Counted from the first letter of the stretch, positions 51,782 to 63,514 are shown. The stretch is DNA of 64,000 nt from Eledone cirrhosa (GCA_964016885.1 OZ024748.1:30690001-30754000), one strand, 5' to 3'. The notes: generated by a model from the sequence alone, not told the origin. Made by a program: numbers and translations.

Positions 51782-52039
51782 GCAAAAAAAAGTAGAAACA
51801 ATTATTATATACCTGCTAGTCACTTCTCTGATTAACTAACCAATGAACCAACTTAGTCACTAACTAACCACTATAACTATTCTTATAGATTAAACAGCCA
51901 TCCATCCAAAGCCATCCATCCATCCAACAGCCAGCCAACCATCCATCCATCCAACAGCCAGCTAGCCAGCCATCCAACAGCCAGCCAGTCAGCCAGCCAT
52001 CCAATATCCAACCAGCCAGTATATATATATATATATATA

Positions 52040-52541
52040 TATAGTAAATGACAGATAAGTTTTTTAAAAGCCAGTACAATGCGTTAGAAAATTGAAATGG
52101 CAAATGATGGTAAACAAAACAAAGTATAGTAATAACCCAATGTATTATAACATATTTCCGGGCATAACCCTCTCTTCAGATGTGGAGCTGAAACAGTATA
52201 AGATAAAACAAATGAACAATATGACTTTTCTTCTCTAACTGATCCTATGTGTTGGAAAAATGTATGTGCATGGACGGTGGTTCTATAGTAACCATTCCAC
52301 CGCATGCCTTTCTGACCTAGGATCAGTTAGAGAAGAAAATTCAAATCGTTCATTTGTTTTATCTTGGACTGTTTCAGCTCCACATCTGAAGAGGGAGTAA
52401 TACCCCTGAAATATCATGTTATAATACACTGGGTAAAATATTACTTTACTTTGTTTTGTTTACCATCATTTATTATCATTTGCCCTTCTTATTTTCTATT
52501 GGATTGTACTGGCTTTTGAAAAAAAAGGTAATTTACTATAT
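52040..52541. repeat. Fold-back element (arms about 210 bp) with an HHR-like core in each arm
   Basis: Inverted arms between TA tracts. acat-CTGAAGA-gggagtaatacccct-GAAA-tatc-atgt lies at 52382-52419. Confidence 0.8.
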
Positions 52542-52596
52542 ATATATCTCACAATGCTTTGTATTATCTACAACACTATATATATATATATATAGA

Positions 52597-52893
52597 TATC
52601 ATCATCATCATTTTATGTCCGCTTTTCTCTGCTTGCAAGGGTTGGACGGGTCCTATTGAGCATAGCATCTCTCCACTTGTCACGGTCCTTCGTCACCTCC
52701 TCGGGAAGTTTCAGCAATCTGTGGTCTGCTCTCACCACCTCCACCCATGTTTTTCGTGGTCTACCTCTACAGCGTCTTCCCTCCACTGGGACTTCCTGGC
52801 ACTTCTTCACCCAGCAGTTATCCTCCATGCGCATCACATGTCCATACCATCTCAGCCTTCTCTCCTGCACACCACAACTTATCCCTCTTATAC
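52597..52893 (-). mobile_element. RTE LINE 3' terminus
   Basis: RRLRWYGHVMRM...GRPRKTW. Sister of 36340. Confidence 0.92.
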
Positions 52894-53153
52894 CCATATA
52901 TATGTTTATCCGGGTTCAATCGGGGGTAACCACAGAAAGTAAGGTACTCAATACATAGCAGAGTATAAATAGTTAATATAGAAATGGCTTCTACAGGACT
53001 AGAACTGTTTAATTTGGGAGAAATCATCAGGAAGCCGACTGAATGTAATATGGTGGTATTTATACATTTTCTGGTGGTAGGAGAGGGTGGTGATTGGGAT
53101 GGGTGGAGGTCATTTTTTTAAATTCTATCAACCAATGACTTCCATTCACAGTC

Positions 53154-53204
53154 GGCTTCCTGATGATTTCTTCCAAATGAAACAGTTCTAGTCCTGTAGA
53201 AGCC
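53154..53204 (+). ncRNA. Type I hammerhead motif in fold-back element 52964-53226
   Basis: ggcttc-CTGATGA-tttcttccaaat-GAAAC-ag..ct-GTA-gaagcc. The opposite arm has GAAA mutated to TAAA. Confidence 0.75.
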
Positions 53205-53218
53205 ATTTCTATATTAAA

Positions 53219-53262
<44 letters not shown>

Positions 53263-53520
53263 AATGGAAGTTCAGCATAATAGAAGCTCTGGCTGCAGCT
53301 AACGAATGCAATCCGGAATGTGCAGCTAAGCACTCAATAAGGTATTTTGCCTTAGAGTAATAACATTATGTTTAGACAGCTTGGCAAATTGAAGATTGCG
53401 ACCGGTAAGCCAGCCGCAAGGACCAAAGCAACGAGAAAACAAACTCAGGCTAAAATCCGAAGAAGGCTCGATAAGGATAATATATATATAAAATATATAA
53501 AACCGTAGAACAAATATTCA

Positions 53521-53643
53521 TTAAAATAACAGATTAAAGTTTAAGCAAAGAATCGCTGCTTTCACCCTTAATGGGATCTTCTGAAGATCCCGTTAAGGGT
53601 GAAAGCAGCGATTCTTTGCTTAAACTTTAATCTCTTATTTTAA
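53521..53643. repeat. Palindrome centred on an HHR core
   Basis: The centre is gatcttc-t-gaagatc. The right arm reads CTGAAGA-t-ccc gttaa ggg-t-GAAA-gcagcgat-TC. Confidence 0.85.
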
Positions 53644-53738
53644 TAAATAAATATATATATATATATACTGAGAAAAAGTTAAAAATGTATAATGCTTGTG
53701 TTTTGACCTCTTTGTTGTATGCATCTGAGACTGAGGTC

Positions 53739-53782
<44 letters not shown>

Positions 53783-53824
53783 TGTGTGAGGTGATATATG
53801 GATGGCTCATACACATGCTATCAT

Positions 53825-53939
53825 CAGTATTCTGATGATTTGATCAGAGACACACACTGTGTTTAAGGTCGAGTGACGCAACTTCGAGTGATTAGCGGCC
53901 TTTAGACTCACCTGATCAATGAAATAATTGTTAATACTG
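53825..53939 (+). ncRNA. Type I hammerhead motif with extended stem II
   Basis: cagtatt-CTGATGA-t-ttgatcag...ctgatcaa-t-GAAA-TAATTG-TT-aatactg, then AATAAA. Confidence 0.78.
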
Positions 53940-54131
53940 TAAATAAAACCTTTTTTGTACAGCCGACCATGTTATTCTTCACTCTTTCACTATATATATA
54001 TATATCATCATCATCATCATCATCATCATCATTTTACGTCCGCTTTTCCTTGTTTGCAAGGGTGGGACGGGAACTGATTCTGGCTTGATTTTTACAGCTG
54101 GATGCCCTTCCTAACACCAACCTCATTTACA

Positions 54132-54183
<52 letters not shown>

Positions 54184-54213
54184 CATACATAAATAAATAT
54201 ATACATATATATA

Positions 54214-55769
54214 CAGTGCCCCACAAAAGTTTACAACACATTAGGAAAAATGCGGTTTTAGGTATTTTTAATAAAGTTAGGGTAATGAAAATTTAACTAC
54301 CGATAGAACATATAATGAGGCATTTAATGATACAATCATAGTTTTAAAAAAATAACAAGGAAATAACTCATGAAGAAAAATCAATATTTTTATAACGCAA
54401 AAGTTTACAACACATTTATTAAATCATCTCTTAATATTTCGTAGCGTAACCTTTGTTGCCAATTACAGCCTGTAGGGTGTTTGGAGTAGCCTCCTACAAA
54501 CTTCTTGCATGTTTCTTGGCTAATATTTATCCATTCTTCACAACAAATCTTCTTTAGTTCAGGGATATTTTGGGGTTTCCTTTTTTGAATTCTCTCCACA
54601 AATTTTCGATCAGGTTAAGATCTGGAGACTGACATGGTCATTTTAGAACATTTATTCCATTCGTACTTAACCAAGATTGTGTTAGCTTTGCAGTATGCTT
54701 TGGATTGTTATCTTGTTGAAAAAACCAACCTGGCTTTAAGCTGAGAGAATGTGCACTTTGATGTAAATTCCTTTGGAAAATACCTCTATAATAAGTGCCA
54801 CCTATTCTTCCTTCTATTATTTCAATATTTCCTACTCCTGTGGCACTAAAGCAACTCCAGACCATGATTGATCCACCTCCAAATTTTACAGTTGGAATAG
54901 TATTCTTCAGCGAATATTCAGTACCTTTCTTTCTCCAGACTTTTGCCAATTTTTGTTTCGTCCGACTAAAGTACATCTTCCCAAAATGACGCAGGTTTGA
55001 TGAGATGCTCATTTGCAAAGTTTAATCGACGAAGAACGTGTTTCCTCGTAAGAAGTGGTGTTTTCCTTGGAGACCCCGAGAAGATATTATATTGATGTAG
55101 TGAATGATTAATTGTATCTGTGCTCACTTTTACTCCACTTTCTTCTAGGTCATCTTGAAGATTTTTAAGAGTACACCGGGGTTCGTTGCCAACCTTTCTC
55201 GTCAATAACCTAGCTGCACGTTCCGTTATCTTTCTAGGACAACCAGAACTAATTAGAGGACAGATGGAATGATGAGATTTCCAGTTACGAATTATTGTAC
55301 CAACTGAACTCAATGGCACATTTAACTGACAGATATCTTTCTATAACCAACACCATTTGTATGAAGGTCTACATTGCGTTTACAGAGGTCGTGATCAATC
55401 AGTTTATTTTTCCCCATATTGTCCATGTTTACAGGACGGTTGTCAATGTTGTCAGACAAATAATGATGTAATGTTTTTAATAGCCCTTAAACCTAATCTA
55501 GAACATTCTACTGAATATAAAATCTGAAAATTTAAGAATTTTCTTGAAAAAAAGCGATAAATATAAAATGTGTTGTAAACTTTTGCGTTATAAAAATATT
55601 GATTTTTCTTCATGTGTTATTTCCTTGTTATTTTTTTAAAAATATGATTGTATCATTAAATGCCTCATTATATGTTCTATCAGTAGTTAAATTTTCATTA
55701 CCCTAACTTTATTAAAAATACCTAAAACTGCATTTTTCCTAATGTGTTGTAAACTTTTGCGGGGCACTG
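54214..55769 (-). mobile_element. Tc1-family DNA transposon (IR/DR type) with defective transposase at about 54431-55417
   Basis: CAGTG...CACTG TIRs of about 200 bp with the inner repeat aaaagtttacaacacatt, a TA target, and TVKFGGGSIMVW, FQQDNNPKHT and SPDLNLIEN motifs. Confidence 0.96.
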
Positions 55770-55801
<32 letters not shown>

Positions 55802-55995
55802 TATATATATATAAAGTACCAGTAATACACTGAAATAATTCTGGCCTTGTGCCAAAAGTAGAAACAATTATATATATATATATATATAAATATATATAGT
55901 GGAGTGTATGAAGGCATATATAATATTATGATATGCTTATTTATAATAAACATGCAAGAGTTTTGCTATGCATATTTTAGGCTATCTCAGTAGCC

Positions 55996-56031
<36 letters not shown>

Positions 56032-57577
56032 TACGAAGTTCCAAAGGAAAAGCAAAGGAAAAAAGAGTGCTCTATGTATATATGTATATATATATTGGTG
56101 TGTGTGTGGTGATATATGTATGACTCATATACATGCTATCATTTCTGAGTATCCTTCCTCACCCCATTCCAGAAAGGTATATCAAGAAATGCTGCTTCCT
56201 TAGTCACGGCTTGGGTTGATGCCAAAAGCAAGCTATGATGAATATTTCCTATGAATAAGTTAATGTTAACAATATGCTAGAATTTCAACATGGTAAATAG
56301 CAGAAATATGTATATGTAAACTGAGGCAACAGATAGTTGTGTTACTGAAGAATATTCTAAAAATATAAGGGAATTGTACTTTAGAAAGAAAGAACATACA
56401 AGCAAAAAATTATATATTGGTGCCTGGTGACTACAAGGTTTTTTTGACTTTTAGATTTGCATGTTTGTTAATTCAAATGTTTATAGCATCTTTATTAGTG
56501 GACAGATTGATGTAGATTTACAGAATTTCCATAAGATGTGATAACTTGAGTATAACAGATTGAGCATATTTTTGGTAGTGTTTTCTGGCTGGATGCCCTT
56601 CCTATCACCAACCACTTTACAGCATGGAGTGGGTGCATTATTCATGCCACCAGCACTAGAGAGGTTATCTTACTGGACTAAAGAGTCCTCTACCTTGTGT
56701 CAGTTTTTATTTGGAGTGTCTACTCTCCTAAACTGGTTGCCTTTACTACAGCTTACGTAGCCCACATCTGGATTGTTAATTCAAATGCTTATAGCATTTT
56801 TAGATTTACAGAGGCACCACAAGATATGATAACTTGGCCAGATAAGCTGCGAGAATTTAATTTGAGGAGCTGTCTCTTCTATCGCTTCTTTTTTATGTAT
56901 CATATATAGTAATCTTTACTCCTTTGAACCTACTTGCTCTATATCACACAGATTGCGTACAGAGCCATTAATGCAGGCATGGGAAACCTTTTACAAGCAG
57001 TGGGCCACATAAAATGTAGCTCATCACAAGGCAGACCACACTACTAAAACATTTGAAGGCAGTTTTGAAATTAGGCGTACCATTCTGGTGGTGGTGGTGG
57101 TGGTCTTTTCCAGAACAATATGTCACCAGATCTCATGGTCCTTTGTCATCCCATTGTCAGGTTCAGCTTTTCAGGGGAAGTCTTCATTACTTCATCCCAA
57201 GTCTTCCTGGGTTTATCTCTTCCACAGACCTCAGACACTCACATTTCTCTGCACTTCTTTACACAGCTGCCATTTTTTTATACACATACACACACACATA
57301 CACATATATGTATCATTATCATCATCATTCATTTTTCCATGCTAGCATGGGTTAGACAAGTTGTTCCGTTATGAGACAAGCAGGATCAGATGACCATGTC
57401 TTGCTCAGACAAACTGATTTTGTCTTGGTTTCTATGACTGGATGCCCTCCCTAGCATCCCACATTTACAGTGTGTACTGGGTGCTTTTTAATGTGGCACC
57501 AAAACGACCACTTTACAGTGTGGGATAGGTACTTTTTCTCATGACACCTACACAACCATTTTACAATGTGGACTGAG

Positions 57578-57613
<36 letters not shown>

Positions 57614-57692
57614 CGGAGGAGTTGTGTTAAGGAACCAGATGGACCATAACGCACCAGAGTACTCAATACTTAGGGTAGTAGAGTGGGTAATA

Positions 57693-57802
57693 GGAGAAAG
57701 TATGACCCCAATGGCAGAGCTCAAGCCGTTTTGACGGCTATTTCTGTCCAGAAATAGCTGTCAAAACGGCTTGAGCTCTGCTGTCGGGGGTCATACTTTC
57801 TC
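57693..57802. repeat. Palindrome with arms of about 54 bp
   Basis: gagaaagtatgacccc...ggggtcatactttctc. Confidence 0.9.
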
Positions 57803-58068
57803 ATATATATATATATCAAAGGTATATATTGAGTTAGGAACTCAAAATAGTCTCATACAACACTAAGAAAGAGATATTTCCGAGCCATATATTATAATTG
57901 AATATAAAAGAAAAACGAACACAGACATATACATATATGTGTTCAAATTGTAAGGGACCAGATTTGCTAAGGTGAAGAGAATACTAACTATAGACAATTG
58001 GGTTTGCTTCTCTCAATTTAAGAAAAAATCAAGAAAATAAATACAAACCGGAATTGTGGTAACTACCA

Positions 58069-58146
58069 ATCACCCAGACAACTTGGTGTTGTTTCGCAAA
58101 ATTAATTGTGAATAGAATTACCAATTTATGCTCATCAGTGGGTGAT
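58069..58146 (-). ncRNA. Canonical type I hammerhead ribozyme (GUC site)
   Basis: atcaccca-CTGATGA-gcataaattg...caattaattttgc-GAA-ACAAC accaa GTTGT-C-tgggtgat. Confidence 0.85.
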
Positions 58147-58569
58147 AAATTAGTATCCTAGACACTTCTAAGTATATTAAGAAACTAAACAGTGTGCCAT
58201 ATATAATATTAGTGCACATGGCATCTCAGCGCGTCTCATAAACCTACACCACTAAAAATAGCAGCCAAGTTTATTTATATATATATATAAAGATTAAGAA
58301 GCACCAAAGAGTCAATATGCTTTAAACTAACACAAGTTTCAGCTGATAGAGCTTCCTCCTAAGGATGTGAACTTACAAAATCAGAAATTTAAAAAATTCT
58401 TAAAAAAGTTTTTTTCGAAAAAATTATCATCCAAGTTTCCTTATGGTTTTATACTGCGGCCACTGTTAAAACTTCTAGTGAAACATACAGGTCTCCCAGT
58501 GAAGTATACTTTAGTAGTTGGGGATTTCCTTTGATCCTCTATTTGAAATTCTTTCTGTATATATTGTTC

Positions 58570-59078
58570 AGCACAGCAGCTCTCCACTTGTCACAGTCCT
58601 TTGTCATCTCCTCCATGAATTTCAGAGATCTGAGGTCTGTTCTCACCACCTCCGCCCATGTTTTACATTGTCTTCTTCTACTGCGTCTTCCTTCTACTGG
58701 GATTTCTTGGCTCTTCTTTACCCAGCGGTCATCCTCCATGTGCATCACATGTCTATACCATCTCAGTCTTCTCTCCAGCACACCACAACTTATCCCTCTT
58801 ATACCAAGTTTCTCTCTCAACTCATCTATGCTTTGTCATTCACGCACATCCAACGGAGCATGCTTGCTTCATTTCTCTCCAGCCATCGCATATCCTCTGC
58901 AGTTGCTGCCCATGTCTCACTACCATGCAGCATCGCGCATCTCATACAGGCATCATATAACCAGCTTTTCGTACGCAGGGCCAACCTTGCCTCAAGTGGG
59001 ACAACTCCAGTCTAACCCATGCTAGCGTGGAAGATGGACATTAAACGAAGATGATAATGATGATGATGATGATGATGA
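58570..59078 (-). mobile_element. RTE LINE 3' fragment plus SINE/LINE tail in opposite orientation
   Basis: REKLGIRGISC...RRLRW motif. Confidence 0.85.
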
Positions 59079-59170
59079 TATATAAATATATATATGTGTG
59101 TATATATATATATATATGTATATATGAAAGTAAAACAAAGAAGCCTTCAATACATCAAAAGTCTTTATTA

Positions 59171-59208
59171 GCCAACAATGTTTCGTCCTATTAAGGACTC
59201 ATCAGGGC
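59171..59208 (-). ncRNA. Minimal type I hammerhead ribozyme
   Basis: gcc-CTGATGA-GTCCT taat AGGAC-GAAAC-att-GTT-ggc-taataaa. Confidence 0.82.
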
Positions 59209-59492
59209 AATTAAAACAACAAGAAGTATTATCGGCCAATACAAGCCGAAAACTCCGAAGAATATGGAGTGTACATACACTAAAGTATTGCAAGATTATG
59301 GGTAAAAATATATAATAAAAATCACTAAGAAGGTGTATATATGTATATATATATATATATATATATGAATGTATATATAGTGTATTTTGCAATACCCTAT
59401 ATGCTTAATTAAAAGCATTTTGAAGACTACGCTATTGTTTTAGAGTAGTGACAGTCTCACTTACTTTAAATTTTCAGCAAACGGGGAGATAA

Positions 59493-59537
59493 AGCTGACA
59501 GAGCTCTGTTTCGTACTATTTGGTACTTATCAAAGCT
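59493..59537 (-). ncRNA. Hammerhead relic with mutated core (TTGATAA)
   Basis: agct-TTGATAA-gtac caaata gtac-GAAAC-agagctct-GTC-agct, inside a short inverted repeat. Confidence 0.6.
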
Positions 59538-59764
59538 AAGTACTCCACCTGTTTGCTGAAAATCATGAATGTTTGATTCTTATAGAATTCTAGTAATAAT
59601 CAGGAACTGATTATACAGAGCGGTTGCCGGTCAAGCAGAAATTGAAAATTAGAATTGGTGCTCTGAAATAGAATTCTATAAGAATCAAACATTCATGAAT
59701 CAGAATCAGAATCAGAGTATACGAAGGAGCCACGGAGAAGTATAAGACCCTCATAGAACTGGAC

Positions 59765-60433
59765 ATGAAAGGAATTTGCCCATTATACAGGAGCAAATCA
59801 TGGAATAGCTTAGATAGGACTAGACATAAGATAGGGAAAGCCACCTCATGGTACGACAACCAGAGATACCAGAGTGTCATGTTTGTGGACGCTACCCCTG
59901 GAGGGAAATTAGCTAACCAGTGTAGAAAGGCCCTGAGAAAGACCCACTTAAAGATTAAGGTGGTAGAAAAGCCAGGAACCACCATAAAATCCCTGATCAG
60001 CAAAACCTACCCTTTTAAGAAAACCCACTGTACTAATAGGAAATGTATCATATGTAAAGTAAAGCCCTGGATTAACTGTAAAACTAGAAACGTAGTCTAT
60101 AGCATAAGATGTACAGAGGGTACTTGCAGAAACATGACAACAACATACATAGGCGAGACAGCTCGTAGCATAGGTGAAAGGATAGACCAACACTGGGGGG
60201 AACTAAAAGGACGAAAAAACGGTTCAGTACTATACGAACATGCCAGACAACAACACAACGGTAGCATAGACAACATAGAAATTAGAATAATATCTAAACA
60301 TAGAAATGACCCAGCAGATAGGCAAATCAGAGAGGCCAGCGAAATAGAACTTAGAAGGCCAAGGTTAAACAGAAAAAATGAATGGAGTAACAACAACACC
60401 CAAACAAACAACACTGACCTAAGAGAAGTATAA
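59765..60433 (+). mobile_element. Penelope-like element 3' ORF: RT thumb, Cys-rich linker and GIY-YIG endonuclease (Neptune-like)
   Basis: FVDATPGG, CTNRKCIIC..NC, NVVYSIRC...YIGETARSIGERIDQH and RQIREA..I...P.LN motifs. Confidence 0.9.
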
Positions 60434-60676
60434 ATAAATAAATACATACACAAGCACAATAACAACAAACACATATAAATACACACTAGTAAACTAAGAT
60501 AGAATACAATAACCAATACACAGTCACCCAAACATGAACACACATCAAACAAAACACTATACACACACGCAAACACATGCGCAGAGAAGACAAAAAAATA
60601 AACAAATAAATAAATAAATAAACAGACTAAATAAAGATGGCGTAGGCATACAATGCAACGGGAGGAAACATAATAG

Positions 60677-60720
60677 CACCACTGACGATGTTGCAGATGT
60701 GCAACGAAAGAACTTTGTTA
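60677..60720 (+). ncRNA. Hammerhead-like motif in the Penelope 3' pLTR
   Basis: CTGACGA-t-gttgca gatg tgcaac-GAAA. Stems I and III are weak. Confidence 0.55.
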
Positions 60721-61076
60721 GACTATATATATGTGTTTGTGTCTATATTGTATCTGTATTTTTGTCTGTTGGTCAGTCAATTGTAACATTGAGGACCGAA
60801 TAAATTAAATTAACCGATATAAAGGACACAGAAGTGAAAACCAACCAAACAGTGAGTGTGTTCTGTTATTAATTCTGGCAATATTATTACACAAATATGA
60901 CCCTCCCCAAGTATAACAATATATATATATATATATATATAAGTGTGTGTGTGTAGGAGGTGAGTTTTATTGTAGTACAATAAAGCAATGCAAATATCAG
61001 ATAAGTAGCACTCTACAGTTTATAGGACTGGAGTAAAAATAATATAAGATCAAAAGATGGTTAAAAGAGTTCCAAG

Positions 61077-61147
61077 TATTTTATTATGTGCATTTCAAAA
61101 ACAAATATCATCATGGGATGATATCTGCGTTCTCATCAGATAAAATA
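61077..61147 (-). ncRNA. Type I hammerhead in fold-back element 61039-61463
   Basis: tattttat-CTGATGA-15-bp stem II-GAAA-TGCACA-TA-ataaaata. A mutated mirror copy lies at 61355-61425 (+). Confidence 0.78.
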
Positions 61148-61929
61148 GGGAGACATGATATGAAGCTTAAAAAACACTTGTGAGCAGTGAAGTTTTAAAT
61201 CAACATATGAAAAATAAAAGTAAGATAGATATATGAGATTGGGAAGCCCCTCATTTTTTTTCCCAATCTCATATATCCATCTTACTTTTATTTTTCATAT
61301 GTTGATTTAAAAATTCACTGCTCACAAGTGTTTTTTAAGCTTCATATGTCTCCCTATTTTATTTGATGAGAACGCAGATATCATTCCATGATGATATTTG
61401 TTTTTGAAATGCGCACAATAAAATACTTGGAACTCTTTTAACCATCTTTTGATCTTATATTATATATATATATATTTATATATTTATATATTCAACATAT
61501 CATGCACTTCCGACTGATATTATATATCATCATCATCACCATCATCATCATTTAACGTCTATCTTCCACGCTAGCATGGGTTAGACGGGAATAGTCCCAC
61601 TTGAAGCAAGATTGATCAGGTGACTGTGTCTCGCTCATATAGGACTATCTGGCAGCGTTTCTACGGCTGGATGCTCTTCCTAAGACCAACCACATTTACA
61701 ATGTGGACTGGGAGCCTTTTTACCATGTTTCCTATATGACTACTTTACAGTGGGGACTGTGTGTTTTTTTGTTATGACACCTACATGACCTCTTTAGTTT
61801 GGACTGGATGTTGTGGTGGTACCAACATAACTTTACAGAGAAAGGGTGGTGTTGGTGAGAATGGGAGGATGGAGTAGGGGTAGTGGGATGGGGTATATAT
61901 TTGGTTAGGAGGAGCCTACTGAGTGGAGG

Positions 61930-62920
61930 TTAACTTTGGACATAGGGAAGGCGGGTCTTCTGTATTACTGCATGGCACCAAAGATATCGTTCCAGTGACA
62001 TTGTCTTAGAGAGGTGTAAGGGTGCAAGGTCGGATTTTATCATGTCATCCCAGGTTTTTCTGGGTCTACCTACTCTGTAACTTCCATCAATTTTGATCGC
62101 CCTGCACTTTTTTATCCAGCTGTTGTCTTTCATGCGCATCACATGACCATACCAACATAATTTTCTCTCAAGTAAACAGCATCTGATCCCTCTTATTCCT
62201 AATTTCTCACTTAGTTTGTTCATGTTTTGCTGTTCATGTATTACACATCCAACGGAGCATGCATGCTTCATTCAATTCCAATCTGCGCAGGTCCTCTGCA
62301 CACAATGCCCATGTCTCACTGCCATGTAACATTGCTGTTGGTATACAAGCATCATTCAATCTGCCTTTCATTCTTAGAGAGAAGAAGGAACTAGTATCCT
62401 GTGGGCACTTGCTACTTATTGCACCTGAGCATAAAACCTACATTCTTTGATAGCTTGCCTGTGTTCCATTTGGGGCATAGAATGGAATTTCTATCTACTC
62501 CTTTCCTACACACTGAGTATGGTCATTTCCCAGAGGGCACCTGTGCCCTATTTTCCTTTCTACATACTAGAACTTTAGTCTTAGACAAGTTAACTTTAAG
62601 GCCTTTTGATTCTAGGCCATGCTTCCATGTTAGGAATTTCTTCTCTAGTTCAGCCATAGATTCAGCTATGAGAATTAGATTGTCTGCATATAGAAGTTCC
62701 CACGGGCAGCCAGTCTTAAACTCCTCTGTTATAGCCTGAAGGGAAATAATAAACAGGAGGAGGCTAAGGACGGAGCCTTGATGAACACCGACTTTTACAC
62801 TAAATTCTTCACTATATTGATTGTTAATTCTAACCTTACTGACTGTTTCTTTATACATGGCTTGTATAGCTCTCACAAGCCATTCATCTACTCCTAGTTT
62901 TCTAAGGGCCCACCAGGCAT
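61930..62920 (-). mobile_element. Decayed RTE LINE
   Basis: WWALRKLGVDEW, GVHQGSVLS, ELLYADNL and WYGHVMRM..GRPRKTW motifs. Confidence 0.92.
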
Positions 62921-63104
62921 AACGTTGAGTGCTTTTCTCATATTGAATCATGGTTAACATTGCAGAATGACTGATTCTACCCAGTGGTAAACCACCAAAT
63001 TTATATGTATATGTGAAGGTATTTAAGGTTTTGTTTATATGTAAAAGCAAATAAATTCTGAATTTCTTCACACCAACATTTTATTTTTCTTGTTGCAATA
63101 CTTG

Positions 63105-63179
<75 letters not shown>

Positions 63180-63464
63180 AATGTAATCTGAGTTTTTTCG
63201 AATATTATTAATAACATTCAATTCGTTTGCAATTTTGCAAACAAGCCTCAATTTTATAGCCATGTCAGTAGAATGAACACTTCATTCTTGCTCTTGTGTT
63301 GGCATGCGAACAAAAATGCAGACACTAATGTTTCTGGGTATCACCCTTCATCAGTACAGCTCACTGTTCACCTGCCAAACTGTCAGAGCTAGTGAAAATA
63401 TATGCTATTTTCAAAAATACACAGCTCAAATTCACTAGCTCTGACAGTTTGGCAGGTGAACAGT

Positions 63465-63514
63465 GAACTGTACTGATGAAGGGTGATACCCAGAAACATT
63501 AGTGTCTGCAGTTC
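63465..63514 (+). ncRNA. Type I hammerhead (GUC) in fold-back element 63177-63958; mirror copy at 63317-63358 (-)
   Basis: gaactgta-CTGATGA-a-ggg tgata ccc-a-GAA-ACA ttag TGT-C-tgcagttc. Confidence 0.82.
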
